Shown here piece by piece: positions 62,691 to 64,000 of a DNA stretch of 64,000 nucleotides. Source of the DNA: an uncultured Bacilli bacterium (GTDB lineage: Bacteria > Bacillota_I > Bacilli_A > RF39 > UBA660). The notes under the pieces were generated by a model, which had not been told where the DNA came from, did no database searches, and saw nothing but the letters and a program-made list of their open reading frames with translations. Position 1 is the first letter of the stretch; each line of letters starts with the position of its first letter. Both the position numbers and the translations under genes were made by a program. Location of the stretch: assembly GCA_944359015.1 (NCBI GenBank), contig CALVSK010000001.1:3139-67138 (forward strand), given 5' to 3'.

Positions 62691-64000
62691 AAGTATCATT
62701 GTTTAGCACTTCCATATTTACAGGTTTTACTCCAATTTCAATAGGAACAGGCTCTTTCATATAAATTACACTAGTATTACTTTCATCAGGTATATAATCA
62801 AATGCAGAGTTTATATCTTGCATTTGAAACTCATCTTTACCTCTTATATAAATAATTCCATATCGTTGTTCTTTCAGTTTTATATCAGGATCTATCTTGC
62901 AATAATCTTCTAGTGGGAATACTCTTATTATGGCTCTGTCATCTCTCATGAAATCAAAATAGAAAACTCTATCTTCTACATAGTAAATTGCTTCTTCAAA
63001 ACCGACATCATAGTATTGCCTTAATCTCATAATATGCTTTCCAACTTCTTCTTCAGGTAGGTAATTACTAAATCTTAATTCTCCAACTAAATTACCAAAT
63101 ATAGCAGGAGTTTTAATGTCAATATAACCTTTATCAAATAATTCATTACAAGGCTTACAAATACTTTCTCTAAATAATATTTCATCAACATAGATGAGAT
63201 TGTTTTTTTGATTTAATTTTATTTCATCAACATATCTCATAATTAAATCAGATTTTTCTTCTCTAGTGTAATCTTTCCACGTTTTTGTTCTTGCTTTATA
63301 TTCACTTGCTAATTTAACTCTATTAATATAATCAATATCACGTTTTAGTAAAATGTCTTGAGGAGTAAAATTAAAGTTTTCACAATTTTCGGTATCTTCT
63401 AGTTCTGCATTTAATTTATCAATAGCAGTTTCAACAATTTTCTTTTCTTCATTATAGACATCTAAATCAAAGGCGCCCTCAATATATGCTTTTCTAATTC
63501 GTTCCAGTTTATTGTTTTGTTTCAACAATTCTTTTTCTAGTTGTTCTTTTGGCTCATCAAATTTTTGCTTTATCATTGGTAAAAAGAATTGATTAACAAC
63601 ACTATCATATTCTACTAACTCTTGAACGAAATTATCAAAATATTCACTAATCACATTTTCTTTTAAATTGATTTTGCAGTCGGTACAATAATAGTAATAA
63701 TAAACATTTCCATTTTTCTTTTTCGTTGCTTTTCCACCCATTAGGCGACCACATTTAGGACAGGTAAGTTTCTGTAAAAATAGATAAGTTAAAGTTCTTT
63801 GATAACTTCGTGAGTTCTTTTTCTTTTGAACTTGGCATTCTTCCCATAATTCTTTTGATACAATAGGTTCTACAACATCTTGATAATAAGTAGGGTGCTT
63901 TGTTCTTTTACCATGAACATAATCGCCTTTATAAACTTCATTTTCAAGTATGGCAGTAATGGAAGAATCTCGCCAGTTAGTTTTACCTAAAACTTTTTCT
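62677..64000 (-). CDS. large serine recombinase, C-terminal part (N-terminus lies beyond window end)
   Basis: Annotated ORF starts at internal Met; same frame stays open upstream to the window edge (..EPIVSKELWEECQ..LQKLTCPKCGRLMGGKATKKKNGNVYYYYYC..), matching recombinase domain and zinc-ribbon of large serine recombinases, followed by coiled-coil. Confidence 0.75.
   Translation of the reverse strand, partial: EKVLGKTNWRDSSITAILENEVYKGDYVHGKRTKHPTYYQDVVEPIVSKELWEECQVQKKKNSRSYQRTLTYLFLQKLTCPKCGRLMGGKATKKKNGNVYYYYYCTDCKINLKENVISEYFDNFVQELVEYDSVVNQFFLPMIKQKFDEPKEQLEKELLKQNNKLERIRKAYIEGAFDLDVYNEEKKIVETAIDKLNAELEDTENCENFNFTPQDILLKRDIDYINRVKLASEYKARTKTWKDYTREEKSDLIMRYVDEIKLNQKNNLIYVDEILFRESICKPCNELFDKGYIDIKTPAIFGNLVGELRFSNYLPEEEVGKHIMRLRQYYDVGFEEAIYYVEDRVFYFDFMRDDRAIIRVFPLEDYCKIDPDIKLKEQRYGIIYIRGKDEFQMQDINSAFDYIPDESNTSVIYMKEPVPIEIGVKPVNMEVLNNDTSSQG

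Noticed and set aside
1-64000. CRISPR arrays or cas genes
   Set aside because: No regularly spaced direct repeats of 25-40 nt separated by unique spacers were seen. The GGGAACAA repeats are too short and irregular.

Overview
AT-rich (about 28-30% GC) Firmicutes-like chromosome segment.

The first ~36.7 kb is core genome: a heterodimeric ABC exporter pair, a cell-wall cluster (M23/SH3b peptidase-like, LysM protein), tRNA-Cys, signal peptidase I, an SDF symporter, T-box-controlled pheS-pheT, ttcA, a TetR regulator with a short [FeFe]-hydrogenase, a ribosomal/translation cluster rplK-rplA-rplJ-rplL / rpsL-rpsG-fusA-tuf, a FemAB-family gene, eno, S-box-controlled metK, PFOR and recG. In the ribosomal cluster, rpoB-rpoC are absent between rplL and rpsL.

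From about 36.7 kb to the window end the region is mobile/accessory DNA, and it appears to hold two elements.
- Island 1 (about 36.7-53.6 kb) is phage-like. It carries a tyrosine integrase, a CI-like repressor, a Cro-like regulator, a phage replisome-organizer protein and an HNH nuclease. Its defence cargo is a 2TM-Macro + TIR gene pair resembling type II Thoeris, and a complete type I R-M system (hsdM-hsdS-DUF3800-hsdR) followed by a metallophosphoesterase and an AAA/DUF4143 ATPase.
- Element 2 (about 53.6 kb to beyond the window) carries a cytosine-5 DNA methyltransferase with a divergent unknown partner, a 4-gene rubredoxin/ferredoxin/DUF362 redox operon, a large protein with six zinc-ribbon repeats plus DUF559-like and HA domains, a MobV relaxase with a candidate oriT, and a large serine recombinase that runs off the window end.

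Both flanks of island 1 carry a 'CCCCCUGAA-hairpin-U-tract' RNA-like module with compensatory stem changes, together with clustered GGGAACAA repeats.

Other oddities: an in-frame-stop-interrupted bPH_2 gene, an L11 with an Ala/Glu-rich C-terminal extension, a prepilin-like micro-ORF where rpoBC would normally sit, and a candidate antisense sRNA between PFOR and recG.
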